Positions 41,231-51,267 are shown, counted from the first letter of the stretch. The stretch: DNA of 64,000 bases from Nitrosopumilus sp. (GCA_965203315.1 OZ241857.1:672001-736000), one strand, 5' to 3'. Notes: generated from the letters alone by a model not told the origin. Translations and numbers: made by a program.

Positions 41231-42373
41231 ATGTTATTTTCACACATATCTGATACACATCTAGGGATGGAACAGTACGGCCTAGAAGAGCGTTCAGAAG
41301 ACATGTATCGTTCCTTCAATCAAGCCATAGACATATCGATAAAAGATCATGTAGATTTTGTGATCTTTGCAGGAGACATCTTTCATACGCCCAGTCCAAG
41401 TGGAAGGGCAGTAGTCATGATGGCAAATGCCCTAAAGAGACTGAAGGATAATAAAATCGAGTCATACTTTATTCTAGGAGATCATGACATCAGTAGATTG
41501 AGAGAGACGCCTATCCACTTTGTGTATAGCAATCTCAGATTTGCAAACTATGTAGGTCAAGGTGAGCCGATAATGCACAAAGATGTCATGATAGCAGGAT
41601 TGGACAAGATTCGTAGATCAGAGATTCATCAGTATGAAGATAAATTTGCAGCTCTTGGCAAAAAAGCACTAGAGCACAACGGTCACAAGATAATGATAAT
41701 GCATCAAGGCGTAACAGAGTTTAACAAGTTTGCAGGCGAGATTCAGTCTACAGAGATGCCTGCCAACTTTACATACTATGCGATGGGACACTTGCACGAC
41801 AGAGATATCAGATACTTTGATCATCTGGCAGGACCTATAGCATATCCAGGCTCTACAGAGATATCTCCCAATGAGAAGATAGGAGATGTTGAAAAGGGAT
41901 TCTTTATTGTGGACATATCCACAAAAGAGGTCAAACCAGACTGGAATAAACTCGACATCAGACCACAGTTTGTATTCGATACCGAATATGACAATCTTGA
42001 AGAGACGATAACAGAGATTTCTGAAAAGATTCAAGGTCTAGAGACCAAACCAATAGTAGAGATAAAGATTCAAGGTCAGAGTATCAAAGCAGATCAGATG
42101 CACAACATATTGGCCAAGATAGACCAAGATGTACTGTGTTGTGTTCCACGTGTTGTGTCTGAACAGATCGATAGATCCCAAGTATTATCTAGTAGGCCGT
42201 CTGCCATCGATGACGAGTTGCTACGTCTATCCACAGACATACTAGAGTCTAAAGAGTTGGCCGAGTTTGCAATAAACCGACTGTTACCATCTCTGATATC
42301 AGGAGTCTCGAGTCATGGTGCAGATGCTGTATGGGAAGAGTATGTGAGGTTCAAAGATGATAAAGTCGATTGA
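41231..42373 (+). CDS. mre11: Mre11 nuclease
   Basis: HISDTHLG, AGDIF, GDHD, MHQG, MGHLH, YPGS. Confidence 0.95.
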   Translation: MLFSHISDTHLGMEQYGLEERSEDMYRSFNQAIDISIKDHVDFVIFAGDIFHTPSPSGRAVVMMANALKRLKDNKIESYFILGDHDISRLRETPIHFVYSNLRFANYVGQGEPIMHKDVMIAGLDKIRRSEIHQYEDKFAALGKKALEHNGHKIMIMHQGVTEFNKFAGEIQSTEMPANFTYYAMGHLHDRDIRYFDHLAGPIAYPGSTEISPNEKIGDVEKGFFIVDISTKEVKPDWNKLDIRPQFVFDTEYDNLEETITEISEKIQGLETKPIVEIKIQGQSIKADQMHNILAKIDQDVLCCVPRVVSEQIDRSQVLSSRPSAIDDELLRLSTDILESKELAEFAINRLLPSLISGVSSHGADAVWEEYVRFKDDKVD

Positions 42374-45236
42374 GTTGATCAACTTTATATCGCATAGCAA
42401 TACAGAGATCGTACTCGCCGATGGCGTAAACGTATTTGTTGGACCAAACGGCGCAGGTAAATCCACCATCATAGATGCAATAACATTTGCGCTCTTTGGA
42501 ATGCACACCAGAAGCAAGAGTAAGAATTTGATCAAACAGGGCGAAAATAGCGCACTAGTCTCATTAACCTTTACACTTTATGACAAAGAGTATGTAGCTA
42601 CAAGAAAGATAGATACCAAAGGTACGTTGACGGCAACTCTAGATGAGATTATCGGCGATAAACGAGAGAGTGTTGCAGCAGGCGAACGAAAACAGTTTGG
42701 CGAGTCGATGTCAAAAGAGATAGAAGAGATGATAGGACTAGATTATAAGAAACTAGAGATTGCATCGATCGTATCACAGGGTGAGCTGAACTCTATAATA
42801 GATGCAAAGCCCAAAGAGTTTAAAGAGCTGGTAAACGCAATAATTGGAATCGACAGACTAGATGCAGCGTCGCAACAGATGAGAGGCGCAGTCGATGAGT
42901 TTAACAAAAAGATTCGCGCAAATACAGGATACGTACACAAAGATATCAGTAGACTCGAGAACGAGTATAAATCTAGATCTGATGAACTCGAACTATCAAA
43001 GTCTCAGATCAAAAAACTACGAGGCGAAAAGAGTACGATCACGTCAGAGTCCACTCAGATAGAGTCAGATATCAATGCAAATATCCGCAAACAAGATCAG
43101 ATGGATATTCTGGAGAGACGCAGACTAGAGTTAGAGAGATACATACAACAAAAGAGGTCAGAGGCACAAAAAGAGATACACAAACTAGAACTATACAAGA
43201 GAGATCTAGAGAAATCTAGGCAACAGAGACTAGAAGAGATACGAGATCAGATACGAGATCTGGAAAAGCATAAAGGAGATCTGGAGAGATCTAGGCAACA
43301 GAGACTAGAAGAGATACGAGATCAGATACGAGATCTGGAAAAGCATAAAGGAGATCTGGAGAGATCTAGGCAACAGAGACTAGAAGAGATACGAGATCAG
43401 ATACGAGATCTGGAAAAGCATAAAGGAGATCTGGAGGCAATAGAAATCCAGAGAAAGCAGAGCCTAGAAGAACAGATACAGAGTCTCAAGCAACGAGTCA
43501 GAGATCTCGAGATATCTGAAGAGCGGCGAATCAGCGATCTCAAAAAGCAGATAGAAGAAGGTGAACATAAGATCCATGATTGTCGAGACCTCTTGGCACG
43601 TACAAGAGATGCAGATAGACTAGAATCAGACATGGAAAAGAACGACAAAGAGATAACATATACGAGATACAAGATTCAGCAGCATAGAGAAGAGATCTCA
43701 TCATACAAGGAACAACTAGACCTTGCAAACAAGCTGCATCTAAAAGAAGGCAAGTGCCCTGTGTGTAATTCTACGGTTGATAAACTCAACCCTCTCTTTG
43801 ATGAGCAACATATCGAGTCAGAGATCGAAAAAACCAATCAATTGATCGTACAAGGCGAAGCTAGTCAGATGCAATTGGATACGAGACAGAGAGAGTTTGT
43901 AGACCAGTTACAGAAAGTAAAGAGTGCTCAAGACATACTTGCTACATACAAGATAACATCTATGGATGATCTTGCTACACTCCAAGCTGATATCGATGCC
44001 AAGACAGAGCAGCTAGATACAGTAGATACACAAGCTATTGACAAGGTTCAAGCTGATATCGATGCCAAGACAGAGCAGCTAGATACAGTAGATACACAAG
44101 CTATTGACAAGGTTCAAGCTGATATCGATGCCAAGACAGAGCAGCTAGATACAGTAGATACACAAGCTATTGACAAGGTTCAAGCTGATATCGATGCCAA
44201 GACAGAGCAGCTAGATACAGTAGATACACAAGCTATTGACAAGGTTCAAGCTGATATCGATGCCAAGACAGAGCAGCTAGATACAGTAGATACACAAGCT
44301 ATTGACAAGGTTCAAGCTGATATCGATGCCAAGACAGAGCAGCTAGAAGAGAGTTATGCAGATACGATCATCGAGATCGATTCACATGCAGCTCAGATGG
44401 CAGACGATATCAAACATTTAGAGAATGAGACTCGTGGATTCAGTATCACAAAACTCGAAAAACTACGACAAGAGTTAGAGTCCAATAGATCTAGATTGAC
44501 GGATATTGAAGGACAGATCGGCGCTACTGATCAAAAGGTGCAATCAGCAGAGGAATGGATCATAACCATTCAACCAGTTCTTGGCGAGTTAGGGATTGTT
44601 CAAGAGTATGTTGGACTATTAGACAATATCAGTAATCGCGTATACTCGAGGGATGGTCCTGTTGCTCAAAGTCTTCGCTCATGGGCACTAGAGAACATAT
44701 CTGCCAAAGCATCAGAGTATCTGGCACGTTTGAACACAAAGATCTCACGAGTATACTTGTCAGAGAAGGCAAAGAACGTATCCATTACATGTTATATGAT
44801 GGGCCAGACTCTGGATCTCGCATCGTTGAGTGGCGGTGAACGTGTAAGCGTTGCACTAGCGCTACGACTTGCCATGTCTAGTCTGCTCGGATCTTCTAGA
44901 CTAAACTTGATGATCCTAGATGAACCAACGACTCATCTAGATGCAGAACGAAAGAGATCGCTAGTAGGAGTGTTAAACGAACTTGCAAATATCTCAAGTA
45001 AAGATACAACACAGTTTATCATCATAACACATGATGCAGAGATATTTGAAGACTCGAATGTTGAACAGATATACAAGTTTGAGTTTGTTGGAGGAACCAG
45101 CGTCGTCAATTCACCGTCACTAGCCCAATCATCCATGGATGAACTATACAAAAGTAGTCATAACTACCAGCAGTCTCAAACGTATACTCGAATGTACCCC
45201 CAGGAGGTATCAGACCAGAATCAAATAGATCAGTGA
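42357..45236 (+). CDS. rad50: Rad50 ATPase with repeat-expanded coiled coils
   Basis: GPNGAGKST, Zn hook CPVC, LSGGE, LDEPT, ITHD. Confidence 0.95.
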   Translation: MIKSIELINFISHSNTEIVLADGVNVFVGPNGAGKSTIIDAITFALFGMHTRSKSKNLIKQGENSALVSLTFTLYDKEYVATRKIDTKGTLTATLDEIIGDKRESVAAGERKQFGESMSKEIEEMIGLDYKKLEIASIVSQGELNSIIDAKPKEFKELVNAIIGIDRLDAASQQMRGAVDEFNKKIRANTGYVHKDISRLENEYKSRSDELELSKSQIKKLRGEKSTITSESTQIESDINANIRKQDQMDILERRRLELERYIQQKRSEAQKEIHKLELYKRDLEKSRQQRLEEIRDQIRDLEKHKGDLERSRQQRLEEIRDQIRDLEKHKGDLERSRQQRLEEIRDQIRDLEKHKGDLEAIEIQRKQSLEEQIQSLKQRVRDLEISEERRISDLKKQIEEGEHKIHDCRDLLARTRDADRLESDMEKNDKEITYTRYKIQQHREEISSYKEQLDLANKLHLKEGKCPVCNSTVDKLNPLFDEQHIESEIEKTNQLIVQGEASQMQLDTRQREFVDQLQKVKSAQDILATYKITSMDDLATLQADIDAKTEQLDTVDTQAIDKVQADIDAKTEQLDTVDTQAIDKVQADIDAKTEQLDTVDTQAIDKVQADIDAKTEQLDTVDTQAIDKVQADIDAKTEQLDTVDTQAIDKVQADIDAKTEQLEESYADTIIEIDSHAAQMADDIKHLENETRGFSITKLEKLRQELESNRSRLTDIEGQIGATDQKVQSAEEWIITIQPVLGELGIVQEYVGLLDNISNRVYSRDGPVAQSLRSWALENISAKASEYLARLNTKISRVYLSEKAKNVSITCYMMGQTLDLASLSGGERVSVALALRLAMSSLLGSSRLNLMILDEPTTHLDAERKRSLVGVLNELANISSKDTTQFIIITHDAEIFEDSNVEQIYKFEFVGGTSVVNSPSLAQSSMDELYKSSHNYQQSQTYTRMYPQEVSDQNQIDQ
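43215..43436 (+). repeat. 75-bp (25-aa) tandem repeat x3 in the Rad50 N-terminal arm
   Basis: Unit SRQQRLEEIRDQIRDLEKHKGDLER starting at 43215, 43290 and 43365. Confidence 0.9.
43983..44347 (+). repeat. 66-bp (22-aa) tandem repeat x5.5 in the Rad50 C-terminal arm
   Basis: Unit QADIDAKTEQLDTVDTQAIDKV, identical at DNA level. Confidence 0.92.
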
Positions 45237-45663
45237 TATCTCGGACTGAGCCACTATTTACTGTATGAGCTGCAATGTCATCGTTGGACCATACCACTGT
45301 AGTCCCAACAGAGACGACTTTTTCAAATGGCAGATAACACTCGTTTGTGGCTTGACAGTCAGGGAGAGCAGAGTCTAGTGGCATCGATACTGTGTTTAAC
45401 ATCATGGATTCTGTATCCATAGATTCTACAGCCATAGATTCTACATTGCATGGGCCTAGATTGTGTATCTCTACTCCTGCCGACTCGACGACACAACGAT
45501 TCTCGTATGTGACTCCATCTATGCCACATACAGGAATAACCGTATCACACTTTGAATCAACACTCCTAGGTTGAATTACATCGTCTGGAGATGTCATGAT
45601 AAGAAATAGTGACACTCCAACTAGAATACCAACTGCCGTTATAACTCCATATGAAAAGTTCAT
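45106..45663 (-). CDS. Membrane-anchored Kazal-domain plus plastocyanin-like cupredoxin protein
   Basis: PVCGIDGVTYENRC (Kazal); AHTV and YFCIVHPWM (type 1 Cu); ATG 45663. Confidence 0.85.
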   Translation of the reverse strand: MNFSYGVITAVGILVGVSLFLIMTSPDDVIQPRSVDSKCDTVIPVCGIDGVTYENRCVVESAGVEIHNLGPCNVESMAVESMDTESMMLNTVSMPLDSALPDCQATNECYLPFEKVVSVGTTVVWSNDDIAAHTVNSGSVRDITDLFDSGLIPPGGTFEYTFETAGSYDYFCIVHPWMIGLVTVN

Positions 45664-45664
45664 C

Positions 45665-46153
45665 TCAACCACCAGTAAGTTTTGCAAATTTTTCATTCTT
45701 GCAGAGTTTCTCCATAAACTCAATGTTAGAGAGTGCAATTATAGCAGAATCTGATACTGGCTTGTCTGGATCGTCAAGAGCTCTCTCCAAGACATCTCTG
45801 GCTTCTTTGGAGCCTACAACACCCAGAGCGATTGCTGCTTCATGTCTTACAAACATGCTAGGATCTTGGAGTGTTGCTTCGGCAAGAGGCCCTACAGAAC
45901 TAGAATAGCACATCTGACCGAGAGAGAATGCAGCTTCATGTCTTACCAGCTCGTTGTCATCATTCTTTAATACGCGTGCAATATGTGGTACCTTGTCTTC
46001 GCCGCCAAAATCGACCAGAATGCATGTAGCTCTTGTTCGAATTACATAGTCTGGATGATCCAAGAGCTTGACAAAGTATTCTGTATCTCGTCTCTCGTAT
46101 CTAGACTCCATCTCTGCAAACAATGCAAGTCTATCATCATTAACCATCTGCAA
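45665..46153 (-). CDS. HEAT-repeat (PBS lyase/DOHH-like) protein
   Basis: Two VRHEAA motifs. Confidence 0.85.
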   Translation of the reverse strand: MQMVNDDRLALFAEMESRYERRDTEYFVKLLDHPDYVIRTRATCILVDFGGEDKVPHIARVLKNDDNELVRHEAAFSLGQMCYSSSVGPLAEATLQDPSMFVRHEAAIALGVVGSKEARDVLERALDDPDKPVSDSAIIALSNIEFMEKLCKNEKFAKLTGG

Positions 46154-46329
46154 TTTACATTTAGAGACTGCGGAGGGATATATTAGGCTACGCTAGTCTA
46201 TTCTGGAATCTTTAGTTCTGATCTTGGCGACACAAGATGATCTTCATAGCACTCTGCCTAGTATCTGTACTTGTCGATCTAGTCACATGTGAAGACGAAT
46301 AACAGCTTCTAATACCTATTTCATTTCGC

Positions 46330-46501
46330 GGTTCTGTTCAATTGACAGGGGTTGGCATTTTCTGCACAAAATTCTCGAAACTTTGCAAAATATGGAAACG
46401 GTCTCACATCGACTAGCGTAAATTGTTGCTGTTTTGAATCTCATACTGTATGTTCTGAGATAACGTCATAACGATCTCAACCCCGTTAATTGAACAGAAC
46501 C
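46330..46501. mobile_element. MITE family C copy 2
   Basis: TIR GGTTCTGTTCAATT/AATTGAACAGAACC. Confidence 0.85.
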
Positions 46502-46537
46502 GATCTCATAAATATGTCCAGAGATGATAAACTCTGT

Positions 46538-46609
46538 GGGCCGGTAGTTTAATGGCAAAACGATTTGTTGTCAACAAAGAGAGTACGGGTTCGAATCCCG
46601 TCCGGTCCA
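46538..46609 (+). tRNA. Atypical tRNA or tRNA-like gene, anticodon GTC (Asp)
   Basis: Acceptor GGGCCGG/CCGGTCC-A, D arm GTTT/AAAC, loop TT-GTC-AA, T arm ACGGG-TTCGAAT-CCCGT; upstream CATAAATA. Confidence 0.7.
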
Positions 46610-46854
46610 CAACCTTTAATTATAGCACATATACACAAGATACTGTTGACAACAAAGTTAGTTCTGCCATTGAACTAGCCCTCTTTTTATTTTGATGCAA
46701 ATTTGACATGCAAGTTGTTTCATAACCAAAGTGTGTCTTGTTGCGTATTCTATTTTTGGTTAATTTTTTACTCCTCCACACATACACGAAACCCGCAATA
46801 ACTCGGAGAATTTAGTCAGATCTGACCCATCATATGTGCCTAAAAATGACTTTC

Positions 46855-46995
46855 AGACTGTATGCGTATTTCTTACATCATATGCACATTTTAAGGTACA
46901 GTAAAACACAGGTGTGATTTCTAGAGGCAGATCGATTCATTGTTATCGTATTTGATGACAGGACATGGGCACTCTTAATAATACGCATACAGTCT
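46855..46995. mobile_element. MITE family A copy 8
   Basis: Family A TIRs. Confidence 0.85.
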
Positions 46996-47041
46996 TTTCG
47001 TATGAACTCCCAAGTACATGTTTGGGAAAACCATCAATCAC

Positions 47042-48553
47042 TTAAATCAACATTAGAAAAACAGACGTGGGAAGAAATAGATAGTCATATTTTTCATCTA
47101 ATTCGTTTTTAGATAGAACAAGTCCACTTTTCACATTCGTTTCATCTAAAAAGCTAGTCAGTCCCCCCAGTTCTCTATTATCCACTCTGTTTCTATATTT
47201 GACTTCTATAGGCATCTCAAAATCATTTTCAGTATATAGAACAAAATCAACTTCTCTGCCTTTTCTATCCTTCCAAAAGAAAACATTATCAAAGTAATCA
47301 AACGCTAGTTTGTTTTGTGCGAGTGAGAATGCCAACATTATGAGATGAGTAGAGACAATACTTTCAGCCATCTTGCCTTGATTGATTTTCTCACTTAGGA
47401 ACTTTTCAGATATCTCAAATGGATTATTTGTACTAAACCAGCTATTGAACATGTGTAGGTAAAACGGATCTTGAAAATAAATTTTTTTTTCTTTAGTAAA
47501 TAATGGAGACTTTCTTTTTTCGTTGTATCTGTGAATGATGTTAATAATTGGAAAATCTTTTAACAAGAGTGCATAATTTTGAGCAGTGTCCCACTTGTTA
47601 AGATCAGCCAATTTTCGCAAATTGTTCCAAGACGTACTAGAACCCAAGCTATTAATTATTGCTCCAATAAATTGTTTTAGCAACATCACATTTCTTAATT
47701 GACCCCAATCACCTTTGATTCCATCTAAATAGCTTGCATATATTTCAGGAGGAATAAAGTTAGTTTTAGTCTTTCCGTCAACTATTTTTGGAGTTCCTCC
47801 AATTAACATATACTCGTACAAATAATTATTCAAATCGTTTATGAAATTATTATGTAACATATCAATCTCTTTTGGGATTTCCTTGGATGATAATTGTAAG
47901 AGAATATCTTTTCTATTATTGGAGGACAATAGTTGTTGATCTTTCATGAACTGTTTAATCTCTTTATCTTGTGTTCCCACAAACTCAGAGAATTTCATCG
48001 GAGTCAATAAATGGTCATAAACATCCGTAGCCCTTCCACGTCTACCAGGTAGTCGTTCAACAGACTTTGAGATATCTACAGCGCGTGAACCTGTTGCAAG
48101 TATAGTACAATTTTCAAGTTGGCCAGTATCAATCAACCACTTGATTCCTTTTTGCCAGTCGATAATTGAAGACACTTCGTCCAAAAAGATGTATGATCTA
48201 TCAGTGTTTCCGTATTTTTTCCTTAGTCTCAAATAAGACTCTATAACAGCCACTAGATCAGATTTCGAGTCCATTAGATCAAACGAATAGTAGAAAATAT
48301 TCCATGGCCAAATTCCATCTCTCAAAAAATCTCGGATTTGGAGTTTAATCATCGTGGTCTTGCCGACCTGCCTTGGTCCTTTCAAAGTGTAGACAACCGT
48401 ATTATCTGGTTCAAAATCATATGTAATCTTGTGCCTCAAGTGAGGATCGTATCTCATGGATCTCTCCCATTTCACTACCTCGTCATCTTTTTCGATGTTT
48501 TCTTTTGCCTCCCACCATGGATTTGATGCTTTTATTTGACGATAATCTATCAC
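47042..48553 (-). CDS. AAA_14 ATPase with DUF4143 and C-terminal PD-(D/E)xK-like domain
   Basis: NPWW, GPRQVGKT, IFLDEV, ATGS, LPGR, KIYFQDP, EVDFV...PIEVKY. Confidence 0.9.
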   Translation of the reverse strand: MIDYRQIKASNPWWEAKENIEKDDEVVKWERSMRYDPHLRHKITYDFEPDNTVVYTLKGPRQVGKTTMIKLQIRDFLRDGIWPWNIFYYSFDLMDSKSDLVAVIESYLRLRKKYGNTDRSYIFLDEVSSIIDWQKGIKWLIDTGQLENCTILATGSRAVDISKSVERLPGRRGRATDVYDHLLTPMKFSEFVGTQDKEIKQFMKDQQLLSSNNRKDILLQLSSKEIPKEIDMLHNNFINDLNNYLYEYMLIGGTPKIVDGKTKTNFIPPEIYASYLDGIKGDWGQLRNVMLLKQFIGAIINSLGSSTSWNNLRKLADLNKWDTAQNYALLLKDFPIINIIHRYNEKRKSPLFTKEKKIYFQDPFYLHMFNSWFSTNNPFEISEKFLSEKINQGKMAESIVSTHLIMLAFSLAQNKLAFDYFDNVFFWKDRKGREVDFVLYTENDFEMPIEVKYRNRVDNRELGGLTSFLDETNVKSGLVLSKNELDEKYDYLFLPTSVFLMLI

Positions 48554-48576
48554 GATTCAGCAATAGTAAAAGTGAC

Positions 48577-48797
48577 TTATATAGTTGTGGATAGCTAGGT
48601 GTCAGTTTTTTATATAGTTGTGGATAGCTAGGTGTCAGTTTTTTATATAGTTGTGGATAGCTAGGTGTCAGTTTTTTATATAGTTGTGGATAGCTAGGTG
48701 TCAGTTTTTTATATAGTTGTGGATAGCTAGGTGTCAGTTTTTTATATAGTTGTTGATAGCTAGGTGTCAGTTTTTTATATAGTTGTTGATAGCTAGG
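48577..48797. repeat. 33-bp tandem repeat (about 6.6 copies) over the AAA ATPase promoter
   Basis: Unit ATATAGTTGTGGATAGCTAGGTGTCAGTTTTTT, no spacers; last two copies share a G>T change. Confidence 0.92.
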
Positions 48798-48884
48798 CAG
48801 TCATCCCAAATGTGCTGCTTCGTAGATTCATTTCGGGGGTGTTGTCCAACGAGCATTAACTCTCGAAAACGCATCTGTAAAAAT

Positions 48885-49060
48885 GGTTTTGTTCAATTGA
48901 CGGGAGTTGAGATCATGATAACGTTATCTCAAAAGACGCACAGTATGTGACTCAAAACAACAGCAATTTACGATAGCAGATATGAAACCATTTCCATATT
49001 TTGTAAAATTTTTCGAGAATTTTGTGCAGAAAAGGCTAACCACGTTAATTGAACAGAACC
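48885..49060. mobile_element. MITE family C copy 3
   Basis: Family C TIRs. Confidence 0.8.
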
Positions 49061-49102
49061 TCATCAGTTAATTAATAATGGACTGATTAACTCTCGTGGA
49101 TA

Positions 49103-49765
49103 ATGAATGCAACAATTGGAGAGAAAGTACCAAATCTAGGAGTCTCAACATGGGTACAGGGTGCACCTACCAACCTTGATCAAGAGAGAGATCGTATAGT
49201 TCTAGTCGAAGTATTTCAGGTAAACTGTCCAGGATGCTTTATGCATGCGCTGCCATCTGCAATCAACATATACAACAAGTATCGAGATGATGGAGTACGT
49301 GTACTTGGTCTAGCTACTGCGTTTGAAGACTTTGATAAGAACACACTAGAGAATTTGAAGTTACTTGTAGAGACAGGTAGTGTTATTGGTGAGACATATA
49401 ATGCGCTCTCGGTGAATGGTCAATTAAACGGCGACAAACTATCATATAAAATTCCATTTCCTTTAGGGATGGACAATCTAATCAAAAATCAGAATGAACC
49501 TACTACAGACGAGATCACTAAACTCATTCTGCCACAGATTCCAGACTTTGACTCTCAGCCCAAAGAGTATCAAGATCAGATTCGTGCCAGAGTTAGAGAC
49601 TATTTAATGTCCAAAGAGTATAACGCAGAGACCTTTGAACGTTTTGCTCTACGTGGAACACCATCTAGCATTCTTGTAGACAGACAGGGCATACTACGAG
49701 ACGTCTCTTTTGGGCAGATGAATCACATTGAGCCATTGATCAAAAAGATACTAGACGAGGACTAG
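49103..49765 (+). CDS. Thioredoxin-fold (TlpA/AhpC-TSA-like) protein
   Basis: EVFQVNCPGC, GTPSSILVDRQG. Confidence 0.85.
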   Translation: MNATIGEKVPNLGVSTWVQGAPTNLDQERDRIVLVEVFQVNCPGCFMHALPSAINIYNKYRDDGVRVLGLATAFEDFDKNTLENLKLLVETGSVIGETYNALSVNGQLNGDKLSYKIPFPLGMDNLIKNQNEPTTDEITKLILPQIPDFDSQPKEYQDQIRARVRDYLMSKEYNAETFERFALRGTPSSILVDRQGILRDVSFGQMNHIEPLIKKILDED

Positions 49766-49792
49766 AATCAGCACCGTCACAACTCTACAATC

Positions 49793-50059
49793 TCATGTTA
49801 CAACAGTAATAACCGAGCTAGTAGGATCATATCCTGGATCAAGTTTTTGTTTTGGATTCAATGTTGTGTCGTGATGACATGGTTTGTTACACACAGGACA
49901 AAACTTACGATCAAGCGTAATGCATTGACAGATGTGGTTCTTTACATAAGCTTGTGCGGCATGATTCCATTCACCGGTTCCATTACAATATACACAGAAA
50001 CTACCAAATATTGAACCAGATCCTTTACAGAGATCACAGACGTCATCAGACATATTCAT
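49793..50059 (-). CDS. Small Cys-rich Zn-finger protein (DnaJ-like CxxCxGxG)
   Basis: CDLCKGSG, CVYCNGTG, CPVC. Confidence 0.7.
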   Translation of the reverse strand: MNMSDDVCDLCKGSGSIFGSFCVYCNGTGEWNHAAQAYVKNHICQCITLDRKFCPVCNKPCHHDTTLNPKQKLDPGYDPTSSVITVVT

Positions 50060-50396
50060 GATATGTATTATATCAATATAAAGTGAGTAGTTTTAGTTCC
50101 GTGGTGTGGAATACAAAAAGTAGCATCCCCTCATTTGGCATAATATTCATCTCCTGATCACTCATCAATAATCGTTGTTAATATACTCATTATGCGGGAA
50201 ATTTGTATTCATGTTTGAACACGAGATGTTAGATCGAATTTGAACAGACATGAAGGATAGTGTTGCTCATGAAAGCGATATTCGCCAGCATAATTATCAG
50301 TAAGTCTTACTATGTCAAAAGTCTTGGTTTGCTACTAACCCAGATTACTGCATTCCAGATAGGTTAGCATGTCAATTCTATGACTTGTCAAAAACA

Positions 50397-50570
50397 GGTT
50401 CAGTTCAATTGACGGGGGTTGGCATTTTCTGCACAAAATTCTCGAAACTTTGCAAAATATGGAAACGGTCTCATATAGACTATCGTAAATTCTACTGTTT
50501 TGAGTCTCATAGTGTGCGTTCTTTGAGATAACGTCACAACGATTTCAACCCCCGTAAATTGAACAGAACC
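50397..50570. mobile_element. MITE family C copy 4
   Basis: Family C TIRs; truncates a transposase remnant. Confidence 0.85.
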
Positions 50571-50695
50571 CTGGCAAACAATTTTTGAATCCAACGAACC
50601 GATATGCCCATCTGTTCTGCAATGACAGAGTTCTTGGTTCCTTTGTTCTTTTCTCGTACAATGTATTGTACTTTTTGTTGATCTAATTTACTCAT
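50571..50695 (-). pseudogene. IS481-like transposase N-terminal HTH remnant
   Basis: MSKLDQQKVQYIVREK...IAEQMGISVRWIQKLFAR, cut off by the MITE. Confidence 0.55.
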
Positions 50696-50912
50696 TCTTC
50701 GAATTCGCTTCTTGCCTACATATTTCCACCTCCCATCATAGCTGCGTACACGCTTTTGACACTGCTTGGAACTTGCACCTACATTCTTGATTGAGGGGTG
50801 AACTACTTTCCGGATCTTACAGCCAGAACTAAAAAGGAAAACACCTATAGCAGATAGACCTGTCAAAAAAAGAACAAAACAGATAGTTGAACCCGCAAAG
50901 TCTATGTATGGT

Positions 50913-51053
50913 AGACCGTATGCGTATTTCTTACATCATATGCACATTTTGAGGTACAATAAAATACATGTGTGATTTCCAGAGGCAAATTGATTCATTG
51001 TTATCATCTTTGATGATTGGACATGAGTACTCTTAATAATACGCATACAGTCT
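50913..51053. mobile_element. MITE family A copy 9
   Basis: Family A TIRs flanked by TA. Confidence 0.85.
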
Positions 51054-51162
51054 ATTAGTAAAATACATAATCCCCTAATCTGACGATACATGCAATGAGT
51101 ATCTGCATAGAGTTAGAACAATATGTGAAAGAAACTAGTTGCCTACAGATGACGCGATTCGC

Positions 51163-51235
51163 TATCCATTATCCATTATCCATTATCCATTATCCATTAT
51201 CCATTATCCATTATCCATTATCCATTATCCATTAT
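51163..51235. repeat. (TATCCAT)10 microsatellite abutting the putative TATA box of the type ISP RM gene
   Basis: Ten perfect heptamers ending in TTATAT about 30 bp before ATG 51268. Confidence 0.92.
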
Positions 51236-51267
51236 ATGATGACACAAAGTTTGAGGGGTGCCTCTAG

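Noticed and set aside
48577-48797. CRISPR array
   Set aside because: The 33-bp units are contiguous with no unique spacers, and no cas genes are present
48577-48797. DnaA-box origin (CTATCCACA in each unit)
   Set aside because: One mismatch to a bacterial motif in an archaeal context; no cdc6/ORB or dnaA nearby
46538-48800. Integrated island or provirus at the tRNA
   Set aside because: No integrase and no direct repeat of the tRNA 3' end found in the window
50400-50594. Short ORFs within MITEs (also 9692-9898, 33058-33300, 58132-58317)
   Set aside because: They lie in non-coding repeats whose frames are not conserved between copies
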